A stretch of DNA of 64,000 bases from positions 2,112,001 through 2,176,000 of the forward strand of contig OZ271918.1 in the NCBI GenBank assembly GCA_965602015.1, written 5' to 3'. The stretch's first letter is position 1, and each line of letters starts with the position of its first letter. A program made the translations under genes and the position numbers. The notes below the pieces were generated by a model. That model saw only the letters and a program-made list of their open reading frames with translations, searched no databases and had not been told where the DNA came from. Source of the stretch: Salinispira sp. (GTDB lineage Bacteria > Spirochaetota > Spirochaetia > DSM-27196 > Salinispiraceae). Positions 61,168-64,000 of this stretch are shown here, piece after piece.

Positions 61168-62868
61168 TTATTTTTCTGCGGCCTTCAACAGCTCCCTGGC
61201 ATGGGTGCGGCTGGCCTCGGTACTGCTGTCCCCGGAAAGCATCCGGGCGATTTCCCCCACCCTTTCGTCACCGGATATATTTTTGGCTGTGGTAATCGCC
61301 CTCCCCTGGGCATCGCTCTTGCTGACGGTAATATGATTGTCGGCATATGCTGCAATAGAGGCAAGGTGGGTTATGCAAAGAATCTGCTTGCGCAGGGAGA
61401 GATTGTGCAGATGCTCTCCCAAGGCCCGACCGACTTCCCCGCCGATTCCCGAATCGATTTCATCAAAAACCAGACTGGGAATATCATCGCTCTCGGCCAG
61501 GGCAGTTTTTATTGCCAGCATGACCCTGCTTATCTCACCGCCGGAGGCGATGTTTCGCAGGGCCTTCATCGGTTCTCCCTGGTTAGCCGACAAGAGAAAC
61601 TCAACTCGGTCTATGCCAGTAGGACCCACAACCGGAACCTTGTCGTCGGATAGCTTTTGACTGACCGAAACCGCGAAGCGGGATTTTGTCATACCAAGTT
61701 GGGAGAGACTTTCCAGGACCTGCTTCTCAAGCATCGTTCCCGCAGCCTTTCTCTTTTCAGAGAGGCTTTTGGCCGTAGCGATGAGCCCGGTTTCCAGCTC
61801 GGCAATTTCCTTCTGTAGCTTCCGGGAGTATTCATCGGAATGCTCAAATCGATCGAGCCGCTTTTCGGCTTCGCTGCGGTATTTGATGACATCGGACAGG
61901 CGGGGGCCGTATTTTTTCTGAACCAGTTGAAGCTCCGCCAAGCGCTCTTCAATAAACTCGAGCCGGTTGGGATCATAGGACAGATCATCCAAATAGCCGC
62001 TCACCTGGGAGAAAATATCTTCAAGTTCATAGTACAGGCTCTCAAGCCGCCCCGAGGCCTCTTTCTGGCTCTGGTCGATGGCTGAAGCCCGGGTTAGGGC
62101 GTTCATCGCGGTGTATACCAAACCGAGGGCCCCGCCCTCATCTTCTTTGAGGGCATTATGGCAGGTATCGATGTGGGAGAACAGTTTTTCGTATTGCTGG
62201 AGTTTCCGGCGCTCCTCCTCCAGACCCTCATCTTCACCGGGCTGAATGTTCAGGCCGTCGATTTCCTGAATAGCATACTTAAGAAGCTCGATTTCCCGCT
62301 GGCGCTCTTTTTCATCGTTCTCAAGGGTGTTGAGTTCATTTTTTCGGTCGTTAAGATACAGGAAATCCCGCTGAACCTTATCCCGCAGGGCGGCAAGACC
62401 GCCGAATGCATCGATGAAGCGCCGATGGTGCTGAATGTTAAACAAGGACTGATGCTCGTGCTGGCCGTGCATGTCGAGCAAAATTGCGGTAAATTCTTCC
62501 AGCTTTTGCCTGGGCAGCATGGAAGCCTGGATATAGGAGTTGCCCTTTCCATTTATCTTTAGCACCCGCCTGATTACCACCCGGTCATCGTCGGCTTCGA
62601 TTCCCATTTCCTCCAGCCAGATTCTGCTGTCCCGACCCGCATCGCTTTCACCGTCCGGAAGGGCGAAGGTGCCGCTCACCTCGGCCTGCTCGCATCCGCT
62701 GCGAATCGAGCCGGTGGTGGCCTTTGCCCCCAAAAGCAGACCGAGAGCGCCAGCCAGAATACTCTTGCCCGCGCCGGTTTCGCCCGTGAGGGTGTTCATT
62801 CCCGGTGAAAACTCCAGTTCGAGATGATCGATAAGTGCATAATTGCGAATAATCAGATTTTCGAGCAC
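61168..62868 (-). CDS. recN: DNA repair protein RecN
   Basis: LTGETGAGKS, HGQHEHQ, ASGGEISR, FDEIDSGIGG, CITHL and EIARML motifs. Confidence 0.98.
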   Translation of the reverse strand: MLENLIIRNYALIDHLELEFSPGMNTLTGETGAGKSILAGALGLLLGAKATTGSIRSGCEQAEVSGTFALPDGESDAGRDSRIWLEEMGIEADDDRVVIRRVLKINGKGNSYIQASMLPRQKLEEFTAILLDMHGQHEHQSLFNIQHHRRFIDAFGGLAALRDKVQRDFLYLNDRKNELNTLENDEKERQREIELLKYAIQEIDGLNIQPGEDEGLEEERRKLQQYEKLFSHIDTCHNALKEDEGGALGLVYTAMNALTRASAIDQSQKEASGRLESLYYELEDIFSQVSGYLDDLSYDPNRLEFIEERLAELQLVQKKYGPRLSDVIKYRSEAEKRLDRFEHSDEYSRKLQKEIAELETGLIATAKSLSEKRKAAGTMLEKQVLESLSQLGMTKSRFAVSVSQKLSDDKVPVVGPTGIDRVEFLLSANQGEPMKALRNIASGGEISRVMLAIKTALAESDDIPSLVFDEIDSGIGGEVGRALGEHLHNLSLRKQILCITHLASIAAYADNHITVSKSDAQGRAITTAKNISGDERVGEIARMLSGDSSTEASRTHARELLKAAEK

Positions 62869-62889
62869 AGATTCCTCCGCGGGCCGACG

Positions 62890-63765
62890 CTACTCCGGTC
62901 CGCCCGACCAGTTCAGTTTCGCCCGCAATACCTCATAAAAGCTGCGGGTACCAGAATATAATAATGTAACCGGCTGAGCGGACTTTTTGATTCGAAGCTG
63001 ATCACCGGGCAGCAATTCATAATTCAGCTGTCCGTCCACCGTCAAGGTGAGGCTGGTCCGCTGCTGTTCGAGAATTTCAACCCTCATCAGTGCATGGGCG
63101 GGAAGAACCAGAGGCCGGTGGGACAGGGTAAAGGGACAGATCGGGTTGAGAATCAGAGCTTCCATTTCTGGATGCACAATCGGCCCGCCGGCGGCAGCCG
63201 AATAGGCTGTTGAGCCGGTTGAGGTGCTGAATATAATTCCGTCTGCCCGGTACTCGATATGCTCGCTTCGGTCCAAGTGAACCATGAGGTGAACAAGTTT
63301 GGAGATGCCGGAACCTGAGATTACCACATCGTTGAGAGCAATTCCCTGCTTGAGTGCGCGGAACGTTCCCTGGCTGTCCGGGCGCTCATGGATGAATTCC
63401 AGCATTAGCCGAGTGCCTTTACCGAGCTCATCGCGTACCGCTTTTTCGAGATCGGTGAACAATTCGCCCACGCTGGTTTCGGTAATAAAGCCGAAATTCC
63501 CCAGATTCACCGGAAGTATGGGAATTCCCAGGGGGGCGAGGGAACGGGCGGCAAAGAGCACGGTGCCGTCTCCGCCCAGGGTAATGGCCAGTTCATAGGG
63601 TTTATTGCAGTTCAGTTCGGCCTTGCCGGAAAATCCGAAAATATCTGAAGCAATATTCCGCTCTTCGAGGAAGTCGCGAATCCTCAGGGCAAGGGGTTCG
63701 GCCTCGGTTTTCTGGTAGTTGGCGATAATAAGTACGTTCCGCAGTCCATTGCTGTCTTTGCCCAT
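62890..63765 (-). CDS. nadK: NAD+ kinase
   Basis: LGGDGT, ALND, ADGIIFSTSTGSTAY..AAGGP and VDGQ motifs. Confidence 0.96.
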   Translation of the reverse strand: MGKDSNGLRNVLIIANYQKTEAEPLALRIRDFLEERNIASDIFGFSGKAELNCNKPYELAITLGGDGTVLFAARSLAPLGIPILPVNLGNFGFITETSVGELFTDLEKAVRDELGKGTRLMLEFIHERPDSQGTFRALKQGIALNDVVISGSGISKLVHLMVHLDRSEHIEYRADGIIFSTSTGSTAYSAAAGGPIVHPEMEALILNPICPFTLSHRPLVLPAHALMRVEILEQQRTSLTLTVDGQLNYELLPGDQLRIKKSAQPVTLLYSGTRSFYEVLRAKLNWSGGPE

Positions 63766-63772
63766 TACGCCC

Positions 63773-63801
63773 ACTATATCTGCTAGAAATTCTCCTGTAA
63801 A
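63773..63801 (-). promoter_or_regulatory. sigma70 promoter predicting a leaderless nadK-recN mRNA
   Basis: TTTACA-17 bp-TATAGT-7 nt-ATG. Confidence 0.55.
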
Positions 63802-63818
63802 GCCGGATTTTCCGGTTC

Positions 63819-64000
63819 TCAGGGCAGGGTCTTGATGACCTTCTGTAAAAGCTCCATTTCCTTCCTGCCCATGCTGGGGTATAGGGGAAGGAGCACCGTC
63901 CGTAATGCAAAACGGGCAGCTTCAGGATACAACTCGGCCGGCGCCCGGTCGCCCTCATTATCGATATCGAAATTTCTCATCATCGCGCTGATCACTGAGT
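63819..64000 (-). CDS. 3' end of a DegT/DnrJ/EryC1/StrS-family aminotransferase-like protein (partial)
   Basis: Not in the ORF track. Translates ...YPEAARFALRTVLLPLYPSMGRKEMELLQKVIKTLP*, the typical C-terminal LPLYP motif. Confidence 0.7.
   Translation of the reverse strand, partial: SVISAMMRNFDIDNEGDRAPAELYPEAARFALRTVLLPLYPSMGRKEMELLQKVIKTLP

Noticed and set aside
1..64000. rRNA, tRNA, CRISPR arrays, IS elements, dif site
   Set aside because: None recognisable by eye. Intergenic gaps are short and accounted for; a tRNAscan/Infernal run would be needed to exclude small RNAs.

Overview
Core-genome window of a GC-rich spirochaete (order Spirochaetales, probably free-living). The assignment rests on the collar gene flbB, a spirochaete-type FlgE and the Treponema/Borrelia-like gene order. 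All genes but one lie on the minus strand. Reading from the right-hand end: a partial DegT-family aminotransferase, nadK, recN, three hypothetical genes, a methyltransferase, and a DUF4912/GH57 pair. Next comes a 17.5-kb two-gene locus of giant Ig-repeat envelope proteins (2004 aa ending in a predicted 8-stranded outer-membrane barrel, and a ~3817-aa lipoprotein ending in a propeller-like domain). Then a lone plus-strand solute-binding-like gene and a coupled nucleotidyltransferase/racemase/LacI-sensor histidine kinase operon. Then a reduced dcw cluster (mraZ to ftsZ), xerD-deoC-TPR-dprA-xerC-hslVU, and the large flagellar cluster from flgB to fliY (partial). No rRNA, tRNA, CRISPR array or mobile element was seen. 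Best candidates for new biology: the Ig-repeat barrel/lipoprotein pair; a structured, boxA-like-containing leader upstream of fliF; a hairpin that hides the flgB ribosome-binding site; the Lys165/Ser178 variant of the FlgE lysinoalanine cross-link site; and a GH57 protein whose acid/base Asp is replaced by Ser. All calls come from motif recognition by eye; no searches were run. Several start codons were moved from the ORF track to the start that has an RBS.
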